Part shown: in pieces, positions 29,366 to 39,835 of the stretch | Numbering within the stretch: position 1 is the stretch's first letter | How the letters are laid out: every line of letters starts with the position of its first letter | Origin: Escherichia phage BF17 | Sequence record: MW822008.1 | Length of the DNA stretch: 64,000 bases | Reading direction: 5' to 3' (one strand) | Translations under genes and position numbers: made by a program | The notes under the pieces: generated by a model | What the model saw: only the letters and a program-made list of their open reading frames with translations | Told to the model about the DNA's origin: nothing | Database searches by the model: none

Positions 29366-32300
29366 TTATACACGTTGTGCAACGAAGGTATCAAACACAG
29401 TACTGAAACCATCATAGATTACTTGGATAATACTTGTTTGACCAACTACAGCACTTACTGTACCAGAAACTACAGAGTATGCACCACCGAAGGTGAAAGT
29501 AGTATCAGCAACAGATGGAGTTACATAGATATACACTGAACATGCTTGACCACTACCAATTAGACCCGCGATGGAATCCATTGTAACACTTTGGTCAAGA
29601 GTTAAGCGATATACGTTAGTAGTACCATCTGGTGTCCAAGTGCCACCTACAGCAGCAGTAGAAGCAGTAACACTAGCAGGGATAACAGAATATTTCTTAG
29701 TTACCATGTTGTTTGTAGTGAAGTTTGCAGTGGTGGTGTTAATAGAACCAGTCACTGTTAGGTTCTTATCAAATGTTGCGTTCTCTTTAAATGTAGATGT
29801 TGCATTTACAGTTAAAGTATCAGCAGCAGCATCACCAATCACAGTGTTACCATTTGCAGTTAATGTACCACCTACAGTTAGATCACCAGTTACAGATGCA
29901 CTTGCCATTGTAACAGCACCAGTTGTAGTAATGGTTGTTGCAGTTAGTGCTTGGAAGCTTGATTCTTCTGTTGCAATTACTGAACCATCAACATGCATGT
30001 CACCACCTGAAACATCAGCACCACCTAGTAGGCTTACTTTACCACCGAACGAACCAGTAGTCGTGATAACAAGAGAGTTACCATTCAATGCACCAGTTGC
30101 AGTGATAGAAGTACCAGCAGTAATTGAAGTACCAGCCGCTACGTTGTTAGTTGCAGTCAAAGACTTAACAGCTACATCGGAATCTGCTTGGTTCAATTGT
30201 GCATTTAGTACCCCAGTAACGGTGAAGTCACCATTAGTTACTACGTTACCATTAACAGTTAGGTTGTTGTTTTGTGAACCAACATCACCAATTGTTGCAG
30301 CTTTAGAAACGATGGTTGCACCAGAAGTAATGTTACCAACAGCAGATAGTGTTGCAGCAGCTTCAATTGCATATGGTTCTAGTGTTTGACCACTTACGTC
30401 GATTTCAGCGTTAATACCACCGATTACACGCAATTTACCAGCAATATAAGTATCTGGAATGATCTGTACAGTTTCAGGTTGTTCACCAACTGGAGTACCA
30501 ACAGTTAGGGTTGTGCCAGTTTTCACTGCACCAGTAGCTGTTAGTGAAGATACAGTAGTAGCACCAGTAACATCTAGAGTGCCAGTTACACCCAAATTAC
30601 CACCAACTGATGCGTTTGCAGTAGAAGTTAAACTTCCAACAGTTGCTAGACCAGATGCAGTCACAGTAGAAGTACTAACACCACCACTTAGAGTACTTAG
30701 GCCAGTTGCATTGATAGTTGTTGCAGTAGTTAGACTATTAGCAGTAATGTCTGCACCGCTTAGGTCAAGACCACCTTGTGGGATCAATTCACCTTGGACA
30801 GTTAGTTTCTGAACAGTACTGTCACCAGAAACTGTTAGTGATGTCGCAGATACACCTGCTAGAGTAGAAGCACCAGTTACACCTAAAGTTCCAGTAATGG
30901 AAGTTCCTGCTAGAGTAGAAGCACCAGAAACGTTAATTGTGTTAGTATTGATACCACCATCAACTACCTGAATACCACCAGTACTCACTGTTACTTTCTT
31001 ACCGATATTAACAATATCAGTTAGGTTAACAGCACCAGTTACACCAAGAGTTCCACCGATTGTTGTATTACCAGAGATAGCTGGGCTACCAGTCACAACA
31101 CCAGTTGTTAGTACTAGATCAGTTCCAACAGTAGTAGAACCAGTACTTGCTAGACTTGCAGCTACAAGGTTAGTTGCACTTAAGTCGAATGCACCATCTA
31201 CAGTTAGGTCACCAGCAATGTGTGCGTTACCTAGTGAATCAAGAGATTTAACGGTTACATCAGTATTGCTTAGGTCGATTGAACCAGCAGTTAGTGTACC
31301 AGATACAGCTAAATCACCAGTGATTGCAGTATTTTTTGCAATATTAAGAGAAGCAGCAGTTGTTGTTAAAGAACCAACAGTTGCAATGCCACCAACAGAT
31401 AATGCACCACCAACGTTTGCATCATTATCAACTTGAAGACCAAGGCCACTACCAGAAAATTCAGCACTAGTAGCAGTTACTTGAGTAGCTGATACACTTT
31501 GTAGTACACTGTTGCCAGTTGCATTAATAGTACCTGCATTTACTGTAAAGAGTGTTGCATCAGTTGAAGTAATTTTAGGTAACGAACTAGTATTGGTTGA
31601 ATCGGTAACGGTAATAACACCAGCACTTGTAATTGTCTCTGCACTTGCAAGAGATTTCACAGACACATCAGCAGCACTTAGGTCAAAAGTACCATCAACT
31701 ACTAAGTTTCCACCAACATTAACATCAGCAGTAGTAGTTAGTGAGTTTGCAGTAATATCAACAGTTGTTAGATCAAGACCACCTTCAGGTTTGAATACAC
31801 CAGTGACAGTTAGATCTTTTGCCGCGACAACATTACTTGCTAGATTTAGTGTACCAGCACCAGCAGCTTCAGCTTGTAAAGTTGGAACTGTTACAGAAGT
31901 TGTGATTGTTGCAGTACCAGAAGACAAACGCGAACCAGATACTACACCAGTACTAGTTAGTGTTCCTACTTTCGCTGCACCAGTAGTAGTTAGTGTTCCA
32001 CCTGAAACGTCACCAGTTGCGACAACAGAAGATGCATTAATTACACCAAATGTACTTGGGTTAGTTGCACTAACTGATTTTGTTACTACATCAGCAGCAG
32101 ACAAATCAATAGCACCAGTTACTGCAAGAGAACCACCCACAGTTACGTTACCAGTAGTTGTTAAAGAAGCAGCACTTACATCAGTAGTGCTTAAATCTAT
32201 ACTACTCGGAGTTAGTGTTCCAGTAATAGTTACGTTATTAGCAAAAGTAGTGTCACCAGTAATACTTGGAACAGTTAGTGAAGCCATAGAACCAGCACCA

Positions 32301-34282
32301 GTTACTGCAAGAGAACCACCAGATAGTGCACCAGCCGCAGTTACTGTATTACCAGATACAGACGCACCAGTAACATCACCAGTACTGGTTACTGAACTAG
32401 CAGTTAGGCCAGCTAAAGTAGTGTCCCCAGCAACAGATAGTGTTGTTGTAACATCAACTTTATTTGGGGCGATATCAAGACCATCAACATCAGCTTGGGC
32501 AGTTACACCAGTAGTTGTACCAGTTACTACTAAATCACGTACAGTTACAGTTTGACCAGTAACGCTAACATCACCACTGAAAGTACCTTTAGCAGCACTT
32601 ACGTCACCAGTGAAGGTTGCAGCAGTACCAGTTAGTGCACCAACAACATTAGCTGTTCCACCAACTTGTAGGTTAGTTCCTACGGTGGTTTGACCAACAG
32701 ATTCAAGGGTTTGTCCTTTGATTGCTTCAGCAGCAACAACAGATTTAGGAGTTAGGTCTTGACCACTTACATCAACTGTTAGGCCAGTTACAGTACCAGT
32801 GAATTCAACATCATTTAGTACTGATTTACCAGCTACTTGTAGTTGTGGTGTTGCTGGACTTTGTGTACCATTACCAGTAATAGATAGATAATCTAGTTTG
32901 TTTAGACCGTTACCTGTGATACCATAGGTTGCAAGAGATGCATCACCAAAGGTAGCAGTTTTTTGTACATTTAGTACTGCTGGAGATACTAGTTCAGACT
33001 GAATTTCATTTTGTAGAATTACAGTTGGACGAGCACCAGGGGCAGAATAAGCAAAACCATACTTAACGTTAGCATCGGCTGCGTTTTGTCCTAAACTTAC
33101 TGCTTTAAAATTAGCAGTACTATTAGCACCGGAAATATCAGCACCCAAAGTTACACCACCAACAAGGCTAGTTAATCCAGAAACAGTTAGAGTGTTTGCT
33201 TCAATATCATCAAGACTGAAAGTACCGCCGAGTGTACCAGATACGTTGATGTTATTAAAATTAGCAGTACCAGTACTTTCAATGTTAGGAATAGTTGCAG
33301 TTCCTGTTACTTCGAAATCATGAACTTTAGTTTTACCTGAAGTTACTTGTAATAGTGGAGTTGTTGGATCTTGAACAGAGTTACCAGATACTGTTAGGTA
33401 ATCTAGTTTGTTTAGACCATTACCAGTAATACCAAAAGTGGATAATGACGAATCACCAAAAGATGCAGTTTTCAATACACTTAGGGTAGCTGGAGACATC
33501 AATTCTGATTGGATTTCGTTCTGTAGAATTACAGTTGGACGAAGACTTGGAGCAGAATAGTTAAAGCTCAAACGGTAGTTAGTGTTTGCAGCATTGGAAC
33601 CAATTTTAATATCACGGAAGTTTGCACTACTATTCACACCAGTAATGTTGGAACCTAATGTAACACCACCTTGTAGACTGGTCAAACCAGAAACAGTTAG
33701 AGTTGTTGCATTAACATCAGATAGACTAAATGTTCCACCTAGTGTACCGGAAATATTCACATCTTTAAAGTTTGCAGTTCCAGTTGATGTAATATCAGTA
33801 GTTGCAGTGTTTGTGAATGTTGCATCAGTTGCAGTTATTGTGTCAAATGCTGCGGTAGTGCCAGTTTCAGCAGTAATGTTACCTTTAAATGAAGAAGTTC
33901 CAAGAACATCCATTGATGCCACTTGGGTATCTTTTAGTACAGCAGTGCCAGCGGTTTGTGTTAGGTTACCTGCCATTGATACTGGGCTTTGGAATTGTGC
34001 ATTAGAATTAATCGTTGCAGTATCAGAACCAACAGGTAAATTACCAATTACGGAATTACCATGAACTTCAATTCCACCATTCAATGATGCTTTACCAGCA
34101 ACATCTAGTGTAGATGAAATGTCTACAGTTTCTGCTTCAATTGCAGTGAATACAGCGTCAGCAAAAGTTACAGTTCCATTAACTGTTAGATTTTTATTGA
34201 ATACTGCATCGCCTTTCACAAGAAGATCTTTAGCAACCGTTGCACCACCAGTTATATCGAGATCTGTTTTAATCGAGTACAT
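29366..34282 (-). CDS. giant repeat-containing tail fibre protein (1638 aa), paralogue
   Basis: Same composition and shared N- and C-terminal modules as 23496-29216; GGAGGG RBS. Confidence 0.7.
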   Translation of the reverse strand: MYSIKTDLDITGGATVAKDLLVKGDAVFNKNLTVNGTVTFADAVFTAIEAETVDISSTLDVAGKASLNGGIEVHGNSVIGNLPVGSDTATINSNAQFQSPVSMAGNLTQTAGTAVLKDTQVASMDVLGTSSFKGNITAETGTTAAFDTITATDATFTNTATTDITSTGTANFKDVNISGTLGGTFSLSDVNATTLTVSGLTSLQGGVTLGSNITGVNSSANFRDIKIGSNAANTNYRLSFNYSAPSLRPTVILQNEIQSELMSPATLSVLKTASFGDSSLSTFGITGNGLNKLDYLTVSGNSVQDPTTPLLQVTSGKTKVHDFEVTGTATIPNIESTGTANFNNINVSGTLGGTFSLDDIEANTLTVSGLTSLVGGVTLGADISGANSTANFKAVSLGQNAADANVKYGFAYSAPGARPTVILQNEIQSELVSPAVLNVQKTATFGDASLATYGITGNGLNKLDYLSITGNGTQSPATPQLQVAGKSVLNDVEFTGTVTGLTVDVSGQDLTPKSVVAAEAIKGQTLESVGQTTVGTNLQVGGTANVVGALTGTAATFTGDVSAAKGTFSGDVSVTGQTVTVRDLVVTGTTTGVTAQADVDGLDIAPNKVDVTTTLSVAGDTTLAGLTASSVTSTGDVTGASVSGNTVTAAGALSGGSLAVTGAGSMASLTVPSITGDTTFANNVTITGTLTPSSIDLSTTDVSAASLTTTGNVTVGGSLAVTGAIDLSAADVVTKSVSATNPSTFGVINASSVVATGDVSGGTLTTTGAAKVGTLTSTGVVSGSRLSSGTATITTSVTVPTLQAEAAGAGTLNLASNVVAAKDLTVTGVFKPEGGLDLTTVDITANSLTTTADVNVGGNLVVDGTFDLSAADVSVKSLASAETITSAGVITVTDSTNTSSLPKITSTDATLFTVNAGTINATGNSVLQSVSATQVTATSAEFSGSGLGLQVDNDANVGGALSVGGIATVGSLTTTAASLNIAKNTAITGDLAVSGTLTAGSIDLSNTDVTVKSLDSLGNAHIAGDLTVDGAFDLSATNLVAASLASTGSTTVGTDLVLTTGVVTGSPAISGNTTIGGTLGVTGAVNLTDIVNIGKKVTVSTGGIQVVDGGINTNTINVSGASTLAGTSITGTLGVTGASTLAGVSATSLTVSGDSTVQKLTVQGELIPQGGLDLSGADITANSLTTATTINATGLSTLSGGVSTSTVTASGLATVGSLTSTANASVGGNLGVTGTLDVTGATTVSSLTATGAVKTGTTLTVGTPVGEQPETVQIIPDTYIAGKLRVIGGINAEIDVSGQTLEPYAIEAAATLSAVGNITSGATIVSKAATIGDVGSQNNNLTVNGNVVTNGDFTVTGVLNAQLNQADSDVAVKSLTATNNVAAGTSITAGTSITATGALNGNSLVITTTGSFGGKVSLLGGADVSGGDMHVDGSVIATEESSFQALTATTITTTGAVTMASASVTGDLTVGGTLTANGNTVIGDAAADTLTVNATSTFKENATFDKNLTVTGSINTTTANFTTNNMVTKKYSVIPASVTASTAAVGGTWTPDGTTNVYRLTLDQSVTMDSIAGLIGSGQACSVYIYVTPSVADTTFTFGGAYSVVSGTVSAVVGQTSIIQVIYDGFSTVFDTFVAQRV

Positions 34283-34358
34283 TTAGTTCCCTCCAAATAG
34301 GCAAAAAGCATAAAATACATTTGACCTTGTTAATATACATATATTTAGTTATTGATAT

Positions 34359-34402
34359 AAAAAATCCAGACTAGATGAATCATAGTCTGGACTATTTTTT
34401 TT
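34359..34402. terminator. bidirectional-type hairpin terminator
   Basis: TCCAGACT ... AGTCTGGA 8-bp stem flanked by A6 and T8. Confidence 0.6.
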
Positions 34403-35300
34403 ATTTACCGGAAATTACTATTTTACCACTAAACGCTTCGTCAGAAGTGAATGTAACATTACCACTTGCATCAATTTGAGTTTCGGTTATTACCAGTTCA
34501 AATGGTGATGCTGCTGTGCTGCCTGGAGTTTTATTTGAATAAATTGAAATATACAAATTATCAGGTGTTTGGTTATGTTCAGACGCGGGGATAGTAATGG
34601 TGTATTCATCACTAGATACTACCCAATCCGCTTGGTTAATTAATTTACTATAAGGTACTGTCATTGTTGTTGCTCCTATGATGTTGACTTTGACACTTGT
34701 ATAATCAGTGATTTGACCAATAACATCAATCGTAATGTCACCAATACCACTCACAGTGACGTTAGTTTGGAATACAGTGTCAAGTGGGATGTTACCAGGG
34801 TCACCCTGTAGCTGAACCATAATATCTGGTCCACGACCATGTACTGATTCAGGTAAAGAATAAGTATATTGATCTGTTGTTCCAGGAACTAATGTAAATG
34901 CCGATACAGGAACGATTTCAGTAGTAACGTAAGAACTATCAGTACCTGGAGTTGTGCTTTGGAGAGGTTTCCAAACACCAAGGTCTTTAATATAGATCTG
35001 AATAATATTAGTACTGTCAACTAAGAAGTAAGCGTCACCATCTACACCGATTGATTCAGATGGTGCAATAGTTCCACGTAAAATACCGGAACCGCCACCA
35101 CCACCGCTATGTGTATTCAAATAACCCAATGTAACCAAGTGTGTATTTGCGGTTGGGTCACCTGCTGAAACAGGAAGAAGTTGTGTACCCGTGTAGTTCT
35201 GGATTTGAACAACATTACCATTAGTGGCAATTTGTGCACCATTTTTACCAAGTATGAAGGTCTTCTTCATGGTTCCTTCTAAATTAGAAAAAACTGCCAT
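34401..35300 (-). CDS. short tail fibre / receptor-binding protein sharing N-terminal module with the tailspike
   Basis: Starts MAVFSNLEGTM, identical to start of 35315-37456; G-rich linker then beta-rich domain. Confidence 0.5.
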   Translation of the reverse strand: MAVFSNLEGTMKKTFILGKNGAQIATNGNVVQIQNYTGTQLLPVSAGDPTANTHLVTLGYLNTHSGGGGGSGILRGTIAPSESIGVDGDAYFLVDSTNIIQIYIKDLGVWKPLQSTTPGTDSSYVTTEIVPVSAFTLVPGTTDQYTYSLPESVHGRGPDIMVQLQGDPGNIPLDTVFQTNVTVSGIGDITIDVIGQITDYTSVKVNIIGATTMTVPYSKLINQADWVVSSDEYTITIPASEHNQTPDNLYISIYSNKTPGSTAASPFELVITETQIDASGNVTFTSDEAFSGKIVISGK

Positions 35301-35314
35301 TTTTATAATCTCCT

Positions 35315-37456
35315 TTAAGATAGGGTGATATATGTTATTGGTTGAGCAGCTTTCAATAATGCCCCTGCTGCGGTAGCAGTAACAATCGGATCGGCAATAT
35401 CGATACGATACGCATTATTAACAACATAAACTGCTCTAGTGATATATGTTTTTAAATCTTCGCCGTTTTCCCCTGCTCCTGTGATTAGGATTTCGGTTCC
35501 AGCAGCTTTAGCATATTGATTTTCACCCCATGATACACCCAATGCTTCGATATAAGTTTGTCCTGCAACTGTTTGTCTAATTGTGTCATATCGACCAAAG
35601 AAAGAACCACCTACTGTAACAATAAATTTTCCACCTGATTGTTTATGGATAATTGTTCCTTCTGGGAAATATCTCCCACCAGGAAAAACATCATAAGGCA
35701 CGTAATACTGTTCAACTACAGGTATTACTACAGGTCCACGATGACCCGTTCCATCAATTGCAGTGGTTACTTTAAAGTTATTAGATGATTGGTCAATACG
35801 GTCAACATACATTCTTGAGAAACTATATTTTGATATGTTACAATCATCTTGAACAACACAATTAGTCCAGTTGGTATATGTATATTTAGAGCGAGTATAT
35901 AAGCCCCCTCCTTCACCTTCAGTTGCAAGGTGTTGTCCAATAACATCAAGTTCTTTAGTACTGATATTATTAAACTTGGAAGATGACGGCAATCCACGCC
36001 ATTGAATTCTACTACATGTAATATTAGAAAGTTCAGTAGTATTTAGCCAATTATCAGAGCCTGATGTATGCACAATAATAGACGACTCAGGAATGTGGAG
36101 ATTACATAATTTAAAGTTACGTGGAGGACCAGCAAATTTACCAGATGTTACACCCCAGTTAATAGAAACCATACGGTTAGTTACTGATGGATCATTTAAT
36201 AGATGTCCAGATAGGCCATCAATAATAAAATCAACAGAACCATAAGTAATTACACCAGCGGTTGTCAAACCAGTACCAATTGATACCAATGTCGATGGAT
36301 AAACTTCATTATTAAGAATTTTAAAGTCTTTACCCAATTCAACGTGAATACATTGACGAACATTGTATAAGCGGTTATTTTTTATAACGAATTTTTTTAC
36401 ATATTGTGAATCATCTGCATTCACATCATAAGGACCAGAACCAGCAACGCCGATACCAATACCCCAGTTTGAAAGAGGAATTGGTGCATCTGTACCATCT
36501 ACGTTTTCAATCAAGTTACCTTCTATTACAAAACCGTCTGGGTAATGTGAGTTGACTACGTTCAATTCAATTGCATCACCATATATATCATGGATGTGGT
36601 TGTATGAATAACGCCCAACTGTCATTTTCTCACCAGTGCCTTGCTGAAGAACACCGTACTTACATTGTGTCATTTCATTAAAGCAGAAGTCGATAGTACC
36701 TGATTCAGTCATACCTTGCATTAGAAATGCAGCAGTACTTGTAATATTAATAAATTTATTAAAATAAAATTTACCATTACCACCAAAGAATTTTAAATAA
36801 CATCCTGTTAATGTTGCTTGTTGGATTGTACTATTCAGTACTGATACCATTGTTCCACCGTTACCAGTGATTGTTCCACCAAACCATTGAATATCATTCA
36901 AATAAACAGCAGTTCTGATACGATAATTACCACCAGCTTGAATTTGGATTTGGTGTTCTTTTGCATAAACTGCACATGCGTTAACCGCCGCCGTGTCATC
37001 AGTGATGCCATCACCTTTTGCACCAAACTCTTCTGGAGTTATGTAAAACTGTGCCTGTTGGAGTGTTCCTCCAGTAATAAGTCCGATATAATCAGCACCG
37101 TTAACACTGGAAAGGACATTTTTATTAATGTATAATGATTTTACCCAAACATCATTTGTTTTTGCAAAGATATCAACAATACCCTCAGAATCAACTTGAA
37201 AATAAGTGTTGTTATTTTTACCAATGTCATTTGTTGGTGGAAGCACGCCAAATAAAGCATTTGGGTTATCTTCAAGATACCTAACGTTTACTGCGGAATC
37301 ATCGTCATTAGGAGTTCCCACCTTAACAGGTAGGAACGTTTCGCCTAAAAAGTCTTTGATTGCGACAGAATCGTTTACAAAATTAATAGAAGCACCACGT
37401 TTACCCAACTTAAATGTTGGCATCATGGTTCCTTCTAAATTGGAAAAAACTGCCAT
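35315..37456 (-). CDS. tailspike with pectate-lyase-like beta-helix (putative polysaccharide depolymerase)
   Basis: Motif EEFGAKGDGITDDTAAVNACA typical of the pectate-lyase-superfamily N-cap; N-terminal MAVFSNLEGTM module; 14-bp gap to next gene. Confidence 0.7.
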   Translation of the reverse strand: MAVFSNLEGTMMPTFKLGKRGASINFVNDSVAIKDFLGETFLPVKVGTPNDDDSAVNVRYLEDNPNALFGVLPPTNDIGKNNNTYFQVDSEGIVDIFAKTNDVWVKSLYINKNVLSSVNGADYIGLITGGTLQQAQFYITPEEFGAKGDGITDDTAAVNACAVYAKEHQIQIQAGGNYRIRTAVYLNDIQWFGGTITGNGGTMVSVLNSTIQQATLTGCYLKFFGGNGKFYFNKFINITSTAAFLMQGMTESGTIDFCFNEMTQCKYGVLQQGTGEKMTVGRYSYNHIHDIYGDAIELNVVNSHYPDGFVIEGNLIENVDGTDAPIPLSNWGIGIGVAGSGPYDVNADDSQYVKKFVIKNNRLYNVRQCIHVELGKDFKILNNEVYPSTLVSIGTGLTTAGVITYGSVDFIIDGLSGHLLNDPSVTNRMVSINWGVTSGKFAGPPRNFKLCNLHIPESSIIVHTSGSDNWLNTTELSNITCSRIQWRGLPSSSKFNNISTKELDVIGQHLATEGEGGGLYTRSKYTYTNWTNCVVQDDCNISKYSFSRMYVDRIDQSSNNFKVTTAIDGTGHRGPVVIPVVEQYYVPYDVFPGGRYFPEGTIIHKQSGGKFIVTVGGSFFGRYDTIRQTVAGQTYIEALGVSWGENQYAKAAGTEILITGAGENGEDLKTYITRAVYVVNNAYRIDIADPIVTATAAGALLKAAQPITYITLS

Positions 37457-37470
37457 TTATCAACCCTCTT

Positions 37471-38634
37471 TTAAATGTTATCTTGAATAGGCTGAATAGG
37501 TGCTTGCCATGATAAAGTACAAACGATCTTCATTTCACCAAATGAACTGTTGTTTACGGAATCATTGAATACACAAGAAATGATTTCATCTTTACTTGAC
37601 ACTTCATGGTTGGTTTCGTTAACAATGTAACGCATTTTGCGGTTGATATCGAAATAATCAACAGGTGCAATTACAGTACCACCAATATCTTCTTGTGCTT
37701 CACCACCGAAACGTACAAACATTTCACTTACTGGTTCATCATATGCTTGGTTAATATCAACTTCGATATTAGTTACTAGGTATCCAGCAGGGCATGTACC
37801 AATAACTAACAATGCGTTGGTCCATGAATGATCAATAGTGTTGATGATAACAACTGTATCTTTACCTGGTTCACCCTGAATACCTGGTTCACCTTGCTTA
37901 CCTTCTTCACCGTCTTTTCCACGGAATAAGATGCCAGCACTCCACTCTTTAGTTGGGGTGGATGATGTAGTTACGATATCAACATAATACAAATTACCAT
38001 CAGTAGTGTTATAGAAGCAATAATCTTGTGGTAGATTATCAATGCTTGGGAATTGACTACCAGTACTATCAATGTGGAAACGACCACGTAGACCCTGTTC
38101 ACCACGGAAAGGAACACCATCACTCCATGTTGCAGTTACGCTTTGATAGAAATATAATTTACCATCTTCAGTATTATAGAAGGTATAGTTATTGACGAGG
38201 CCAGTTGTTGGAAACACAGTACCGGAACTGTCAATGTGGAATGGTTTACCAGCTTCACCAGTATCACCTTTACCAAACTCTACACGGTTCCAAGTACTAA
38301 TTGTTTCTTGTGCATCGTTTGATTTAAAATATAAAGTACTAGTGCCGTTTGCAAGACTAAGATAACACCACCCTAGTTCTTCACCAACACGGAAGAGTTC
38401 ATTAGGAACTTCAAAACCTATCTCATTTGGATAAAAGTTTCTACCGTTAGCACCATTTTGTCCAACCACTAGACCTAAGTCTTGGATTGTATTGTCGGAA
38501 TAGGTTACAATTAAATGTCCAGCAGCGTTAATAACTAAACTTTTGATGCCAGAATTATTACATGAACCACCTGACCCATTGTTGAATGAAATTGTCATAA
38601 TATTTCCCTTGTATGAGTTAATGTCATATACCAA
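37471..38634 (-). CDS. fibre-like protein with collagen-like G-X-Y run
   Basis: GKDGEEGKQGEPGIQGEPGKD (7 G-X-Y triplets); duplicated FHIDS.G..FP motif; first gene of the operon. Confidence 0.5.
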   Translation of the reverse strand: MVYDINSYKGNIMTISFNNGSGGSCNNSGIKSLVINAAGHLIVTYSDNTIQDLGLVVGQNGANGRNFYPNEIGFEVPNELFRVGEELGWCYLSLANGTSTLYFKSNDAQETISTWNRVEFGKGDTGEAGKPFHIDSSGTVFPTTGLVNNYTFYNTEDGKLYFYQSVTATWSDGVPFRGEQGLRGRFHIDSTGSQFPSIDNLPQDYCFYNTTDGNLYYVDIVTTSSTPTKEWSAGILFRGKDGEEGKQGEPGIQGEPGKDTVVIINTIDHSWTNALLVIGTCPAGYLVTNIEVDINQAYDEPVSEMFVRFGGEAQEDIGGTVIAPVDYFDINRKMRYIVNETNHEVSSKDEIISCVFNDSVNNSSFGEMKIVCTLSWQAPIQPIQDNI

Positions 38635-38707
38635 TATTTATCAGTACAAAATACATTTCGTTGCCATTAATAAATAAATGAAAGTTCACTACTAAAAGGG
38701 CTTAACA

Positions 38708-39205
38708 ATGGCATTAAGATCAAAAGACTTCCTCTTCAAAAGAAAAACTAAAGATGGTTCATGGCAAGAATTTCCTGAATCAGATAGCTGGTATCCTGCT
38801 AACTTAGATTATCATTGGAACGAACAAACATTACCATTAGCTAGTGGCGGCTATTATGGTAGTACTACAGGATTACATACAATATCCTTTACCCTACGTA
38901 ACTTCATTGGTAGAATTTACGTACTCGCTACACTGGCAAGTAATCCATCTGACGATGATTGGTTCCCAATTAAATTTACCGAAAGCTGCAACTTCTATCT
39001 TGAATTTACTGATAATGTCATTCTTAACCCAAATGGTGGTGACCTTATTAGAGAACAAGGTACAACTGGTACATTCGCTGAAACCTTAACCGGAAACTTT
39101 ACCTATCTGAAAGTTGGTATTGACCGTGATTACATTAGCAAGTATCCATCTGATGTACAAAAAAGTTTAGCTGGTAAGTTAGAACAAATTTTAATTAACT
39201 ACTAA
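38708..39205 (+). CDS. hypothetical protein
   Basis: 165-aa ORF with AAAGGG RBS, divergent from fibre operon. Confidence 0.45.
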   Translation: MALRSKDFLFKRKTKDGSWQEFPESDSWYPANLDYHWNEQTLPLASGGYYGSTTGLHTISFTLRNFIGRIYVLATLASNPSDDDWFPIKFTESCNFYLEFTDNVILNPNGGDLIREQGTTGTFAETLTGNFTYLKVGIDRDYISKYPSDVQKSLAGKLEQILINY

Positions 39206-39214
39206 GGATTAGAA

Positions 39215-39823
39215 ATGAAATTAGAAACAGAACAACCAAAACTATTTGTTAAGGGTCATGTACTAATTACTGACGTTACTGATCCATCTAACCAAAAAAT
39301 CGTTTTGGATAAATCAAACGCAATTCACCCTGAAAATATGAGTACTGCTATTGCTAATGCGTTGGCTTATAATCAAGATAGTACTGGTATTCCTATTGGA
39401 TCTATTAGTGAGATGCGTTTTGGTAATGGTGGAACAGTAGTTTTGAGTACTGGTCGTATCACATACAAGAAACCACGCGTTACTTCTTTCGGTGGTCTAT
39501 ATTCTCAGACTTATCTGAAAAAAATCAACCCACGTATCTCTGCTGGTATTGATTCACAATATAACAACATTACAACTGTTCACATTCCAGGCCAAGCTTA
39601 CACTGATATTGTCTGTATTTGTACATTAGGTTTAGGTGAGCCATCTGACCAAGGTGTTAGCTCTGGTACTAGCATGGATGGGACATATGTATTTGACGAA
39701 TTGGGTTTATATACAAATGGTGATAGTGGTATTCCACTTACCCATATCATTTTTCACCCAGTTGAGAAAAGTGCTAACCGTGTTTTGCAAATCAAATACA
39801 CAGTTCGTGTCCAACTACAATAA
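39215..39823 (+). CDS. hypothetical protein
   Basis: 202-aa ORF with AAGGA RBS. Confidence 0.45.
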   Translation: MKLETEQPKLFVKGHVLITDVTDPSNQKIVLDKSNAIHPENMSTAIANALAYNQDSTGIPIGSISEMRFGNGGTVVLSTGRITYKKPRVTSFGGLYSQTYLKKINPRISAGIDSQYNNITTVHIPGQAYTDIVCICTLGLGEPSDQGVSSGTSMDGTYVFDELGLYTNGDSGIPLTHIIFHPVEKSANRVLQIKYTVRVQLQ

Positions 39824-39835
39824 TAAGGTGATGAT

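Noticed and set aside
29571-34064. Plus-strand ORFs (272, 117, 72, 347, 160 aa) antisense to the 1638-aa fibre gene
   Set aside because: Same reasoning as above; the real gene is the minus-strand ORF with RBS and paralogy support.
23496-34282. CRISPR array or diversity-generating retroelement as the source of the fibre repeats
   Set aside because: Repeats are in-frame coding repeats of unequal length without spacer periodicity; no reverse-transcriptase or cas-like ORF is present in the window.
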